Source: Podarcis filfolensis
Lineage: Eukaryota
Reading direction: 5' to 3' (one strand)
Length of the DNA stretch: 64,000 bases
Assembly: GCA_964270895.1 (NCBI GenBank)
Contig: OZ185435.1
Shown here: positions 12,905 to 25,353 of the stretch, in pieces
How positions within the stretch are numbered: position 1 is the stretch's first letter
Layout: the number at the start of each line of letters is the position of its first letter
Program-made: the position numbers and the translations under genes
Notes under the pieces: generated by a model
Told to the model about the DNA's origin: nothing
Seen by the model: only the letters and a program-made list of their open reading frames with translations
The model's database searches: none

Positions 12905-13202
12905 TGAAATATACTGGGAGTTGAGAGTGGATTTCATGCTCTTTATTCAGCTCATAGTGGTGAGGAGGAATGGAAGTTCCCCCAGAATGTCTGCTTTATA
13001 TACATTATTTACACAATGGGCCCCACGTGACTGGCTAATTCCAGGATTCACCTGTAGGCCAATCAGGTTGTGGATTCACTTCCACCTGGAGCTGGATTGG
13101 GTGGCTCCTGTGGACCAATCAGACTGCTGCATTCTGGATCTTATTGTTCTAGGACCAATCAGACTGCTGCATTTTGGATCCTATTCAACTCAGTACATAA
13201 CA
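12905..13202 (-). mobile_element. Solo LTR (298 bp), same family as 9948-10321, opposite orientation
   Basis: Reverse complement begins TGTTATGTACTGAGTTGAATAGG and ends AGTATATTTCA; flanks GAAAC (12900-12904) and GAAAG (13203-13207) are a 5-bp TSD with 1 mismatch; about two 40-bp units. Confidence 0.86.
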
Positions 13203-13240
13203 GAAAGCAATGTACGAGGAATCATTTTTTCTTTTTTTAA

Positions 13241-13424
13241 AGAAGAAAACTGCCTGATGCTGAATCAGACCATTGTCCATCTCCTTTAGTATTGTCTACA
13301 TGTACTGGCAGCTGTTCTCCAGGGTTTCAAACAGGAGTCTCTCCTAGCCCTGTGTAGAGATGCCTGGGATTGAACCTGGGACCTTCTGAATGCAATGTAG
13401 ATGTTCTGCAGCTCAGCTACAGCC
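13241..13424 (-). mobile_element. Squam3-like SINE
   Basis: tRNA-like head on the minus strand (gtagctgagctgcagaacatctacattgcattcagaaggtcccaggttcaatcccaggcatctc) and family tail. Confidence 0.72.
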
Positions 13425-13937
13425 TTTCTCCAAAGATTATATAGTTCTGTGTCTGGAATTTCCCATCCTCCATCCATTTTCTATTTGTTTTCTTTATATA
13501 ATATTTTTTTGACCATACATTACAAACTTTAGTTTCTGAGGGGGCTTTTGTTTTTCAGAGTACTCTGAATCCTTCAGTATTAGTGTCTAAAACCAAAACA
13601 TCTCAATAAAACCGAAATTTCCCAGTGGAAGGGGCTTTTATTATTTCTTCTAGCATGACCCTTCATGAACTGTGCAGCTAGCACATACAGATTCTCTGTT
13701 TTTTTCCTTCTGTTGTGCTACCAAGAGATGCTTTGGGAGCGAGTATCATTCTGTAACATTGGATCATATATGGTATGCACTTTTGTGGAATATTCCTCTG
13801 TTTCCACCCATTCCTTTTTTTTTATCTTGCTACAGGTTGAATTTTGCTTTTGAAAGGTAGGGGGAAAGGAATTATCTCTGGCATTTTCTATTGCCCGCCC
13901 GCACAAGCCGCTTCCTGGATCCTTTCCACCTGAACTT

Positions 13938-14107
13938 ATGACCAAGGATTCCACCCTAGCCCCAGCTCTTGCTTTCCAGTTCCAGAAGATGGGCTCATTC
14001 CGGAGGCCCCGGCCACGTTTCATGAGCTCCCCAGTACTGACTGATTTGCCACGGTTCCTGGCAGCTCGGCAATCTCTGCAGCTTAGCTCCAACTCTGCCT
14101 GGAACAG
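13938..14107 (+). CDS. PRR5L: PRR5L coding exon 1 (MTKDSTLAPALAFQFQKMGSFRRPRPRFMSSPVLTDLPRFLAARQSLQLSSNSAWNS); 170 nt, phase-2 donor AG|GTGAGC
   Basis: Manual translation gives KMGSFRRPRPRFMSSPVL.DLPRF.AARQ.LQLSS.SAWNS, which I recognise as the N-terminus of vertebrate PRR5L. Canonical GT donor at 14108. The 5' boundary of the exon (upstream acceptor) is not resolved. Confidence 0.93.
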
Positions 14108-14517
14108 GTGAGCAGCACTCTTTTCACTAAGAAAAGCTGCCTTTGCATAGCTTAATTGAATTTAATTGAGTAAATGTGTGTACAGTATGTGGGAGAGGCT
14201 CCATTATATTCCATCATGCATCTGCAACTTGCCTACACAGGCATTCTCTCCCCACCCCCCCGAATGTAGCAAGTGCATTAAAACTAGATGAATGAATTTG
14301 TGTAATGCCTCTATTTTTGTGTGTTTGATGGCATCTAGTTCTGTTTCCCCAATCAACCTTTTAAGCAATGGTAAGCAGTAGAAGCTATCCATACTAGGGA
14401 GTCTTCACTGGTAGGTATGGTACATATTTTCAGAGTGTATAATTTTATATATATTCTTACAGAAATTGTAAAAAGCATTCAGAACCATATGTAGCTATCC
14501 TGCCTCTTGGTGCATCT

Positions 14518-14519
<2 letters not shown>

Positions 14520-14567
<48 letters not shown>

Positions 14568-14941
14568 TTATTATTTATACCCTGCCCATCTGGCTGGGTT
14601 GAAGCCACCCAGAGGGGCTGGGGAAAACAGAATATCAAAATACAAAAGTCTATTAAACATTAAAAGCTTCCCTAAACAGGGCTGCCTTCAGATGTCTCCT
14701 AAAAGTCTGGTAGTTGTTTTTCTCTTTGACATCTGGTGGGAGGGCGTTCCACAGGGTGGGTGCCACTACTGAGAAGGCCCTCTGGCTTCTTGCAGTGAGG
14801 GAACCACCAGAAGGCCCTTGGCGCTGGACCTCAGTGTCTGGGTGGAACGATGGGGGTGGAGACGCTCCTTCAGGTATACTGGACCGAGGCCGTTTAGGGC
14901 TTTAAAGGTCAGCACCAACACTTTGAATTGTGCTCAGAAAC
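14520..14941 (-). mobile_element. L2 3' fragment with (AAT)16 tail, same family as 6199-7613
   Basis: Near-identical blocks to 6230-6600 (cttccctaaacagggctgccttcagatgtc; gctttaaaggtcagcaccaacactttgaattgtgctcagaaac). Lies about 410 bp downstream of the exon 1 donor. Confidence 0.85.
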
Positions 14942-16208
14942 ATAATTTCAAACCATGGCTTTCAATTCTGGTTTGCAGGGCGAGTGCAAACCATAGCTTG
15001 CTGATTCAAATGTTAAGACGGTGGTATGTTTTAAACTGGAAGTTAGGAAAAGAATCTGAGCGCTAGTTTGGCAGGAATGCAAGAGCCCAAGGCTCGGTTG
15101 TATAATGTCAGACAAGGTTTGATGTTGCAGCTTCTGACATTAGATCAGGAGCCAAAAGCCCATCCCTAATCTGATGCTTGCTGTTTTCTGTAGAATACAC
15201 CAACAGCAGTGACTGACTCCAGTCACATTTTACTTTCAAAACTGTGCTGTGGAATTTCTTTGCTAACAGCATTGTTCCTCATGATAGAGGGGTAACTTTG
15301 TATAAACAGATGCCCACACAGCTGAATTGAATCTATCTATTTCCAAATTCAGTGAAGACTCTTGTTCCCTTGACTATGGTGTTCTGTTTTCCCCTACCTT
15401 TCCTGGGTAATACCCTTGATGGAATAGGGGTCCTTGGTTCCTTGCTGTGATGGACCATGTAGTAACACAGGTAGGAAATCTGCAGTCTGGATCATACACA
15501 GTACTTGATCCCTTTCCCCCCTTGTTATAGCTACTACAAGCCTGTGAAACACAGTCAATTTTCTTAAATGTCTAGCCATCCATTATATTTCTACTCCCAT
15601 ACTTCCAGGAGTAAATTGGAATACAAGATGGCAAAATTTTTTAGTGTGTTTTTTGTTCCTGAACAAGATGATGCAGCGGTCATGAAAAATGGCACTGAAA
15701 ATGACCTGTGCCATTGGCTACTTGCCATGATCACTATGCTCTACCTCTACTGTCAGAGGCAGGGAAACACAAGTGGAAAGAGTGTTTTTGCACTCTGGTC
15801 CTGCTTGTGGGCTTCCAAAAGGCATCTTTTGGGTCACCATGAAAGGAGGATGCTGGACTAAAAGGTTCTTTGCCCAGCAGAGCTCTTGTTAGGTGGCAGT
15901 AGTTTAATAGCAGTAGCTTAGTGTGGGTCTAATAACTTCTGCTTGTTGGTGAGTGAGTGGGTATTAGTCCCTTGGTGTGTATAAACTGTGTTTTCTGCTC
16001 TGTTACTTATTGGCAGCCATTGGCAAACAACTCTGATGATTCCAGGGAGAGGGGGGGAAAAAGCAGAAGCAATTTAAGGACAATTAATCTACTTCTCTGC
16101 TTACTGATATATTTACATGGCTCCTGACTGCTGTTTCATTGCTCCGTGTAAATCATACTGATGTAAGTTATTTATGGCTGCCCTAACTGTCTTGCTTCTA
16201 TTTGGCAG

Positions 16209-16289
16209 TGTTCAAACAGCAGTGATCAATGTGTTCAAAGGGGGAGGCTTGCAAAACAATGAACTCTACATCCTCAATGAAAATGTAAG
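16209..16289 (+). CDS. PRR5L: PRR5L coding exon 2 (VQTAVINVFKGGGLQNNELYILNENVR); 81 nt
   Basis: Acceptor tttggcAG at 16207-16208 with CTAAC branch-like motif just upstream; donor AG|GTATGT at 16290; frame continuous with flanking exons; matches the PRR5/PRR5L VINVFKGGGLQ motif. Confidence 0.96.
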
Positions 16290-18169
16290 GTATGTTGCTC
16301 TGACTCTGTTGTATAGAATTGCCTGCCTGATGCAGAACAGGTGGCGCAACTGAGACCTGTGTGTGTGTATATGACCATGGCAGTTGGTTGGTTTATGAGA
16401 TTCACAGCCTGCCTTTTTTATTTTTATTGGCAGTGATGCAGTAACTGTTGCTTGGAGCTTTTCTTATATATCAACACAAAAATGCACTAAGCAGTAGCTG
16501 GCGGAGTGGTGGTGCTCTCTCCTGACAGCTGAGTTACTGTTTACCAGGAACGAGAGGGGCGAGGCACTGGGGAGGTTGACATGGTGCAAACATAGTGTTG
16601 GGAGCACAGGATTGGCTGTCTCCCTCTCCTTATTGATGACCACCAGTGACTCAGCTGTTGGGAGTTAGGTGAGCACTGCCCACCCCAACACGCCATCTTC
16701 TACTGGCACTAAGCATAAGGCTCATCATGTACAAAATGATTCTACATGGGGAAAATGAGTGCTGGATCAGACCCATATGCCGACTGATGACATCAGGCTC
16801 TTAATAGGCTGCTTTGATTTCCACTGTACCCCAATCACACACTCACCAAATTATTGAACTCTCTGTGGAGCTAGGAAGCTGATAGTATCACAGATGTTCT
16901 AGTTTACTAATAGCAGCTACTCTGTACATGGTCAGAGATGCTGTTATGCATAGTTACATTTGCAGGAATCAGGGCAGAGATCCCCCAAATTAGGGAATTT
17001 CAACATACCTATTATTTTTTAAGGTATGGTTGTTACTGAGCTTTCTCCTCCTCCTCTTGCTGCTTCAGGAATGAGTGAATGTGCGTTCTTTGTGGTTTGA
17101 TTAAATAAGCTTGAACCTCAGGTTGCTGTCCATTCTTCAGTCACGGTGATTCGTGGAGGTATATTTTGAAAGGTGAAATAAGATTTCTGCTTTGATGGCT
17201 GGCTTCTAGCGGCACTGGATGCTTGCTTTTTGGGTTCTAACTTAGGTGAAATTAATGCTTTGGCACTGAATTTTTGTTTGTGTGTGTATGTTATGGGCAT
17301 GGCACCTGGGCAACAGCTGAATGGGGGCTCCGACCTCCAACATCTTGATATATATTTAAATGTTCATTACCTAAGTTCTGAGTATCTCAGTCCACTGGTG
17401 AAAGCTGGGATACTCACAGTGTGAAAGACAGACTACTTACTTGCATGCTAAGTTCATTTAAACAAAAGCCCTCATCAGACAATTATGCTAAAAGATTAAT
17501 TTCCTAGAGTAAGACCTACAAAGTGAGCACTGGGTAGAGTTCGTTTCATTTCCCAGACTTGCAGTGCCAGCGATCATGGCTTTTAAAATACTACTCTTAA
17601 CCTTGAGTAACCATAAAGAATGACCTCCTTGTCTTTTATCGTCCTTCAATGTCCTCTCCCCACCCGCCTCTATGAACTTAGTTTGAACGTCGTCAATACA
17701 GAGGAAGCCAAGCTGTTTTGACAAAAGGTTATTAGTGTTTTGAGTGCCACTGTTTTGAGGATGAAACTGCTGAGGTTATGCAAAGTTATGTATTAAGTTA
17801 GGAACAGTTTTAACATTCTCCATGGCAGTATAAAAGCCTTTTTGTACTCGTTTTCTTTTTTTCAGTATTCTACTTGAAAACAAATCTATAAGGCATGAAA
17901 TTCCTCCCACAAGGTTTGATTTAAAAATGAAGGCTCCTTAAAATTCTGTTCACTGATTTTTATATCATCGGAGTAAGACGATTGCTTCTGCATGCTTTGA
18001 CAAATTACTTTATAAGTTGCCTCTGGAATCTGATTCCTCCCTCCCCTGCCTCCCATCAAACTGTTTTCTTAATGCATTCTCCAAATTTAACCTTAGAAAG
18101 ATAGGTTGTCCTTTAAATTGTGGAAAAAAAGTAGTACAATTGATCTTGCTTTATGGATTGACAGTATTA

Positions 18170-18470
18170 CTATTATCCTCATCTTCATCATTTATTAGAA
18201 TTATATAGCCACCCCTCAATAAATGTTCTCTGGGTGGCTTACAAAAAAATAAAATCACAGTAATATATAGAAATGACAATAACCGTAAGGCAAGAAATGG
18301 CATTAAATAATTTATAACCAGGATTTAAAATGCACTTGAAAAACCTTGGTAATAAAGATATATTTGCCTGGCACTGAAAAGGCCATCAGGATGATGCTGA
18401 GACACCCTTTCTGGGTAGGCTATTCAATAGCAGAGACACTATATTGAAAAGGCTCCCCAATGTCATGGAC
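18170..18470 (-). mobile_element. Old, diverged L2-like 3' fragment
   Basis: ttatatagccacccc...ctgggtggcttacaa tail layout and ttgcctggcactgaaaagg block typical of L2 3' ends; heavily mutated. Confidence 0.45.
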
Positions 18471-19265
18471 TGGCTGGACGCAGAGGAATAACAAAGTAAA
18501 TTGGAAAATTGATAGATACTGCAGTTTCCTTTGGACAATATGTGGTTGCTTTCTGCTTTCCCCCCTCTCATAACATTCTGTGACTTTTTAATTTATTTGT
18601 GGTCTGCAAACGGTAAATTATATTCATATTTTGGAAGTTAGGAATGGTGGTCATGCATTTAATTAAGCAGATTGGCTTGTAGCAAGAAGACAAATAGTAA
18701 GTGTATTTGGAGTGGTGGGGTTGGCGAGAAGGGTGGAAGATGTCAGTAATATGATGGAGAGAATGGCCTTTTTTCATCTTCATCTCACATGCCCAGATAA
18801 GAACTCTGTTGGCAAACTAGTTTGCCCAGTGATTAGGATGATTAAAAAAAAGCAAGGACCAGTGACCAGTGTGAAAAGGATTGACAGATAGCACCAAAAC
18901 ACCCTTGCATCTCTTTTGTGGATCAACTACATCAAAAGAAAACACTGTGACCCATAAAAAAAGTGATTTAGGACAGCAGGCCTTCCCTTCCTCCCTCTGT
19001 GTGTGGGTGTGTACACATGTGGTGTCACAGTAGTTGACATAGAAATGGGTTCATTAACTGGGAAGTCTTAGATAAGGGTTAGCTTTGTTGGATATCTATT
19101 TACAGGTTAAGTTTAGTTCAGGTGGTGTATGAATTTGGCATATTTTGTGATCCTGTAGTGGTTTAGCACTCCTTATCACCATCCTGAGCTTCATTTGGTA
19201 CTAAGCAAAAGTGAGGATTGAGATGTACCTAATTCTGTTCAGAGTATTCCTAAAAGCTGTTTAGG

Positions 19266-19527
19266 TAGGGTTGCTATATTTCAAGAGGTAAAAATCCGGA
19301 CATAAAAAGTTGTTGAGCTTTGTTAGGGCAATTGCCCAGTAGCCCCTCTGCCACTGCTGAGCCGGAGCCCAGGACACCTGTGCCAGAACCAGAACCACAA
19401 ACGCACACAAGCACAACCCCCCAAATCCAGGACATTTGCTTTTAAATGTAAAAATTTCCCCCTGATGGGCATGTAAGAGCTCCCAAAGAGGGCATGTCCA
19501 GGAATTCCCAGGCATATGGCAACTCTA
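19266..19527. mobile_element. hAT-like non-autonomous element with TAGGGTTGC termini
   Basis: Termini tagggttgctata / tatggcaactcta; flanking direct repeat GTTTAGG(T) at 19259-19266 and 19528-19535. Confidence 0.7.
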
Positions 19528-20356
19528 GTTTAGGTGCTGCAGGGACCGAAACAGAATGGCAGTCCATTTATGCTGGATCACTCCCAGAAGCTTCTCTGCC
19601 AAGCTCCTTGCTTTACAAGATGCAAGACCAGATGTTTGAAATTGCCCTCTTGGGTCTAGCACTAATAGACATTAAAAAGCAAGGCAGCTATAGCCATCTG
19701 TGTTACACTGCTCAGCATATGGGGGAAAATGTCGGGTCACATGCTGCCACCCTGTGATGTCAAACCAAACACAATGCATTGGAACATGGGATTGGCCTAG
19801 GTCTGAAAAGAAACCCTGTCTCCCATGGCAATTGCCCATGCTACCTTGGAAAGCAGCTTAGCAGAGAAGAAGCCCACCTGATCAAATTATCTGCCTAAAT
19901 TCAGCCTAGTCCCAAATAGATCTGTTTTTCTAATCCAGATCACTATATGCTCCAATGAAATGAACTTTGCAGCGGCTGATACAAGTTGAATCCACAACAT
20001 CTGGAGGGCCACAGGTTCACCAGCCCTGGTGTAAAGCAAATGGTTCCATGCGACTCTCAAAAGTCAGTCGAGCCAAGTTAGGAAAATTGCTTTAGCTTTG
20101 AGGACAATGTGTTCCTGTAAGAACTGTTCTGGGTTTAGGCAACAAACCCCCAAACCCAGGGCTGTTTCTCTGGTCATTGGCCATATCAGAAGCATCATGG
20201 GAAAGAGGAAAGAATTTAAAACAAAAAGAATGCTTCAAAATGGTTTGCAGTCCTTATTGGTACACCTGTGTTTTATAGAGTTGATTTTTATTGAATGGGC
20301 TCTGGGAAATCTGCCTGTAAAACATTTTTTATGACATGTGATCCATTCCTTTTCAG

Positions 20357-20405
20357 GCGATTGTTGAAGAGTGAACTTGGATCCTTCATCACAGACTATT
20401 TCCAG
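20357..20405 (+). CDS. PRR5L: PRR5L coding exon 3 (RLLKSELGSFITDYFQ); 49 nt
   Basis: Acceptor ttcctttttcAG, donor CAG|GTAAC at 20406; translation matches the PRR5L sequence I recall; phase fits. Confidence 0.96.
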
Positions 20406-21919
20406 GTAACATCTGTTCCTTAAGTGGGCAGTTAAAGCTTTCCAAAGTAGTGTTTGTCTTATCTTTTGGCTTGTTCTTATGATGCTTGCTTTGGCTTTTC
20501 CTGTCCTATAAAGAAAACGGAATGGATTCATTTTCATGAGTAGGTTTTGCATACTGTTGCCTCTTCCAAGCAAAATCTTGGACCTTGGACAAAGGGTTGC
20601 ATAGTTTGTATGAACAACATTGCTTACATGGTAATAATCACTGAAATAAGGGTGGACAACTCTATTTCAGTTTGCCAGGAGATACACAATGGCAGAGTCA
20701 CAGTTTTTATTTAATTAGCTAACAGGGAGGCCTCATGAGGGGCTGCTTGTAGTATTTTAATATCCACAAGCAATTTTCCCTCTTTTCTTTATGTATTTCA
20801 GGGCGAAGTCCTGGCACTAAAAATCAGTGTCTGGAGTAAAACTTTGTTTAAATTGACTGATGACCCATCCCAGTTGCTGCTAATCCACACTGGGTGTAGT
20901 ACACTTAGACAGACCAGTTGCATCAAAGCAACAATGGTAGCTCAAAGGAAATGTCCCATTCCACAAAAGAAATTACTTTGGGGTGCTCCTAATTCCCCAT
21001 TCCTGGTGCTTCTTGTCAAGTGGCTCTAGGTGCTGCTCCAAAACTAGAGGCGCTCGTTGTGGGTCTGTGCTATGATGACAACACTTACCCCTATGCAAGA
21101 GCTATGCAGTGGTGAGATGAGATGCTATTCAAGTAGAAATTGGTAGCATTTATGTGTGGGATGGAAATGAGATAAGTGGTCAACCCACACATCCCTGGTA
21201 TTCCGTTGTGTGAGCACACATTCTGTGTCTTGCTTTGAAATGGTGAATGGAAATGTTAACAAGGCTTTCCAGAAATTCTGAAACTTGCCAGGCAGCAATC
21301 ATTCACAAACTGGAGGGGAAATGATGCATTAGTCAAAGTGAGATACTATAGCAGGTGGATCACCTTTAATCACAAGTTGGGGGCTTTCACCTGCAGTTCA
21401 CATTGGTTCAGTCCAGGGATTCAGGGATGAACAGCTCCTAGCCACAGGCTTATGGGCCCTTCTTGTGTGTAGGAGAGGAGGAGATTAGAAGCTTCTGCTT
21501 CTGGTTACCAGCAAATCATAGTTAGCCGTTAATGTCTTTATGCCACAAATTTCCCAAACTATGGTTTGATCCTGGTGGGTCATCCTGGTTTGTGGATAAG
21601 GAAAGAAGCGAGTGCATAGACCTTAGTCTCCCTGGTGCCCATTCCCGATTCTCCAAACCATGGGTTTATCATGTGAGTAACAAACCTTATGATACAGTCT
21701 TAAACACACTAGGGAATAAGCCGCACTGAACACAGTAAGCATGCAAAGAATTTCACTGAGTTCTGTTGCCCTTTATGCAAGTGTAAAGTAATTGAAGAGA
21801 TGCTTGTTGCTCCTGGTTTCACAGTCGCACACTGTGCTGCACATTATTACGATTGCTGAAGGAAATGAGGTTTCACCAATGCCATCTTCAGTAACAATGT
21901 GATGCATGGGAGCAATATA

Positions 21920-22656
21920 CCATATTTTTCGCTCTATAGGACGCACTTTTTCCCCTCCAAAAATGAAGGGGAAATGTGTGTGCGTCCTATAGGGCAAATG
22001 CAGGCTTTCGCTGAAGCCTGCAGAGTGAGAGGGGAGACCCCGCGGCCAGCCCTGCTGTCCCCGGACCTGGTCTGAAGGCGGGCGGCGGGGAGAAGAGCGC
22101 TTCTCCCCGCTGCCTGCCCCGCAAGCTCCGGGGACAGCTGGGAGGCGCAGCGCGTCTTCCCACTGTCCCCGGACCTGATCTCAAGGCGGGCGGCGGGGAG
22201 AAGAGCGCTTCTCCCCGCTGCCTGCCCCACAAGCTCCGGGGACAGCTGGGAGGCGCAGCGCGTCTTCCTGCTGTCCCCGGACCTGATCTCAAGGCGGGCG
22301 GCGGGGAGAAGAGCGCTTCTCCCCGCTGCCTGCCTCGCAAGCTCCGGGGACAGTGGGGAGGCGCAGCGCGTCTTCCCGCTGTCCCCGGACCTGATCTCAA
22401 GGCGGGCGGCGGTAAGAAGAGCGCTTCTCCCCGCTGCCTGCCCCGCAAGCACCGGGGACAGCGGGGAGGCGCAGCGCGTCTTCCTGCTGTCCCCGGACCT
22501 GGTCTGAAGGCGGGCTGTGGGGAGAAGAGCGCTTCTCCCCGCTGCGGGCACCACAAGCGCCTGGGGGGGGAAATAAATTTTTTTCCCTTTATTTCCCCCC
22601 CCAAAAAACTTGATGCGTCCTATGGGCTGGTGCGTCCTATGGAGCGAAAAATACGG
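21920..22656. mobile_element. Tc1/mariner-pogo-type MITE (737 bp) carrying about 4.5 GC-rich 108-bp tandem units
   Basis: TA flanks (21918-21919, 22657-22658); TIRs CC(A/G)TATTTTTCGCTCTATAGGACGCAC / GTGCGTCCTATGGAGCGAAAAATACGG; repeat starts spaced exactly 108 bp (22059, 22167, 22275, 22383, 22491). Confidence 0.9.
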
Positions 22657-23414
22657 TATGCATTTTTTAAACAGCCGTGTACATGCATCAGGAAGATCTG
22701 GGCCAAGTGGATTTCTCAGAAACCCAGTATGGATGTCTAAAGATGCTTGAGCATGCCTATTTTATGTTGAAATGTTTGCTGCATAGTGGTAGCACACATG
22801 CTTCCTGAAGCCATCATAATGTCACCAGTAGCTCCGTTGAGACAAGGCTTCTCATAGCAACATGATTTCATTGTGCCGTATTTCTCTCCCGGTCAAAAAG
22901 AGAGGAAAGAAAAGCTATAAAAAAATCCGAACTTGCCAAAACTGCCTGTATGTGTGCCAGCACTATAAAAATAACTGGATGTGATCGTTTCCTGTAGATA
23001 TTTTATTGCATGCCATTTTGTAGTACAAATTTGCAATGGCAATCCTCAAGGCAAGCGAGCTTCATCATGGTAGATTAATCAATGAAAGCTTTAGTGGATT
23101 AATTGAAAAGGATTTGAGTTAAAAGCACTTCTGTTGACTGTTTGGTTCTGGCATGCTTCTATGTTAGAAATGAAAATGGGAATTAAGGGAAGATACGTAA
23201 GTTTTTCTTCCAACGGTGACTAGTAGCTTTTGTTAAGTGAATAGTGATCTCAATACTTCCCTCAGCATCTCAAAAAACACCTAAAAGCATGGATTTTCTC
23301 TTGGCCTCTTTTGAAAAGCTCCCTACCTTGTCAGTTCAGGATTGGAGATGGGGCATTGATTTAATGTAAAATTATAATAATAATCTCTAACTGTATGGGA
23401 TTTCAACCCATTTA

Positions 23415-24109
23415 CCGTATTTTTCGCTCTGTAACACGCACCTGACCATAACACGCACATAGTTTTTAGAGGAGGAAAACAAGAAAAAAAATATTCTAAA
23501 CGAAACAGTGGATGTATGATTTTTGTGGTTCATGCTGTGGCCACAGACATGTGATCTGACGGTGAGTTTGGAGTAGCCCAATGCAAAAATCCTGAGGATC
23601 CATGTGGATCCGTGCTTTGTAACCACGTTTTAAGTGGAGAGGGAAGGAAAAGCACTCAAGGGACAAGCAGCATGCGTGGGGTGTGTGGAGAAGGATGCTG
23701 CTAATAATGAAGAAGAGGGGTATAAGGGGAGAAGGCTCCTCTCCTCTCCCGCGTTGCTCCTTTAAAACAAGCAGGCTCTGCTTCTCTCCCTCCTCCCCGG
23801 CTTAGAGAGCTGAAAAGCTTTGCTGCTATTTAGCAAGCTGAGTGGGGAGGAGAGAGGGACAGAGAGCACGGTTTAAAGCAGCCAACCAGACAGGAGTCGC
23901 TTACACCTGTGTAAGCGGCTCCTCTCCCGCTTTGCTGTTTCAAAGCGAGCCGCGGAGGAGGGAAGGAAGGGGAACCATGGATCCTCTGCTCACGACTGCA
24001 GCAGATCCCCCTCCCCGCCACCCGTAGGCATTCGCTCCATAACACGCACAGACATTTGCCCTTACTTTCTAGGAGGAAAAAAGTGAGTGTTATGGTGCAA
24101 AAAATACGG
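23415..24109. mobile_element. Related TA-flanked MITE (695 bp) with different internal sequence
   Basis: TA flanks; termini CCGTATTTTTCGCTCTGTAACACGCAC / GAGTGTTATGGTGCAAAAAATACGG; subterminal taacacgcac motifs repeated. Confidence 0.85.
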
Positions 24110-25312
24110 TAGGTCTCGGAATAACCAAAGTTTAAAGTTGGGAACTATTTTCAACACAAGGGCCTCATTTATATTTTTAGCAGCATTTGGGGACTGCGTG
24201 ACCATGGCAGGTAGGACCAGAGTCAAAAAAGGATGCAGTAATAGACGTGACCCTTACCTTTGTACCGTAGGCTACATTCTAGCCATGTAAACGTCAATAG
24301 GTTTTCATGGGGCCACTCCTCTCCACTGTCCATTATGGAGAGCCAGATGTACTGAAACATCCCTCTAGGCACACAAAAGGCATCACAGTTCAAGGTCTAG
24401 TTTCAGTCAGGCAAAAGCACCTGAGGCAGAGCAGGGTCAGTGGATGGGGTTGATTAGGGCCATGTAGGTCTGAAGGGCCACATCTGGCACCTGGAACCTG
24501 ACATTCCCTTTCCTGCCATAGTTTATCTCTGAACCCCAGACAATATCTGGTTTGTGGTTGCAAGTATAAACCAACACAAACCTTGGGGTTGTGCATTCGT
24601 TACTCTCTTCCTTCCATACTCCTGGGGATCAGAATGCAAGCTTTCTGTTTTGTTAGTGTCAAACCGTAGTTGGCTCACAAGTCAGGATACTATAGTTGAA
24701 GAATCCTGGCTTGTGCTCATAACAGCAAGCCATGGACTGCTATTGTGTCTGAATTGAGTTGGTCTGAAAGTCTACAGGATGCAATGTTTGATGACAGGAG
24801 AAAGCACTTGAGGGATGAGCTGTGGAGAGCCAGACGGATTGAAACACTATTCCTATTTGCATTGTGTGAGTGCTCTATCATCCCTGCTCTGATCTTAGAA
24901 GGAGGGAGTGCTTAATAAAAATTGTCTATGCTTCTAGATGCATTCTTCTAGTGATGGATCAGTGTCCAGGAGAATAGATTATTGCTGTAGGAGGCTGCAT
25001 ATATGCACTGAACTCTTATTCAGACCAGACTTCCAGAGGTAGTGGAGAAGCTGGAGAACGAATTTCTGCTCAAATAATACATGTATATACCTCAACAAAC
25101 TGCCACTGATTTGGGGGAATCAAGTCAGGGGGAAGCTGAAATAGGATTACCATCATCCCTGGCTATTGACCATGCCTGCTAGGGCTTATGGGAGGGTTCC
25201 TCACACCTGACCAAGACTGAAACAAAGCATAAACACTGTTATCCAGGAACACTTGATCTGCAACAGATGTAAATTTTAAAAATAACAACAGAAAGAGCTA
25301 TTGTACTATGGG

Positions 25313-25314
<2 letters not shown>

Positions 25315-25350
<36 letters not shown>
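25315..25350. repeat. (GT)18 microsatellite
   Basis: Direct count. Confidence 0.95.

Positions 25351-25353
<3 letters not shown>

Noticed and set aside
9948-13202. Full-length provirus or LTR retrotransposon bounded by the two LTRs
   Set aside because: The LTRs are inverted, not direct; each has its own TSD; no PBS, PPT, gag or pol sequence is recognisable between them.
22054-22545. CRISPR-like array (palindromic repeats at regular spacing)
   Set aside because: Whole 108-bp units are repeated with no unique spacers, no cas genes are present, and the context is a vertebrate intron inside a TA-flanked MITE. The same holds for the 40-bp LTR repeats at 9965-10084.
21934-22604. 205-206-aa ORFs with 36-aa repeats (and the 161-216-aa ORFs at 59931-60638) as novel repeat proteins
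   Set aside because: They are read-throughs of the GC-rich 108-bp MITE array, open on both strands and in several frames because GC-rich repeats lack stops; no splice or start context.
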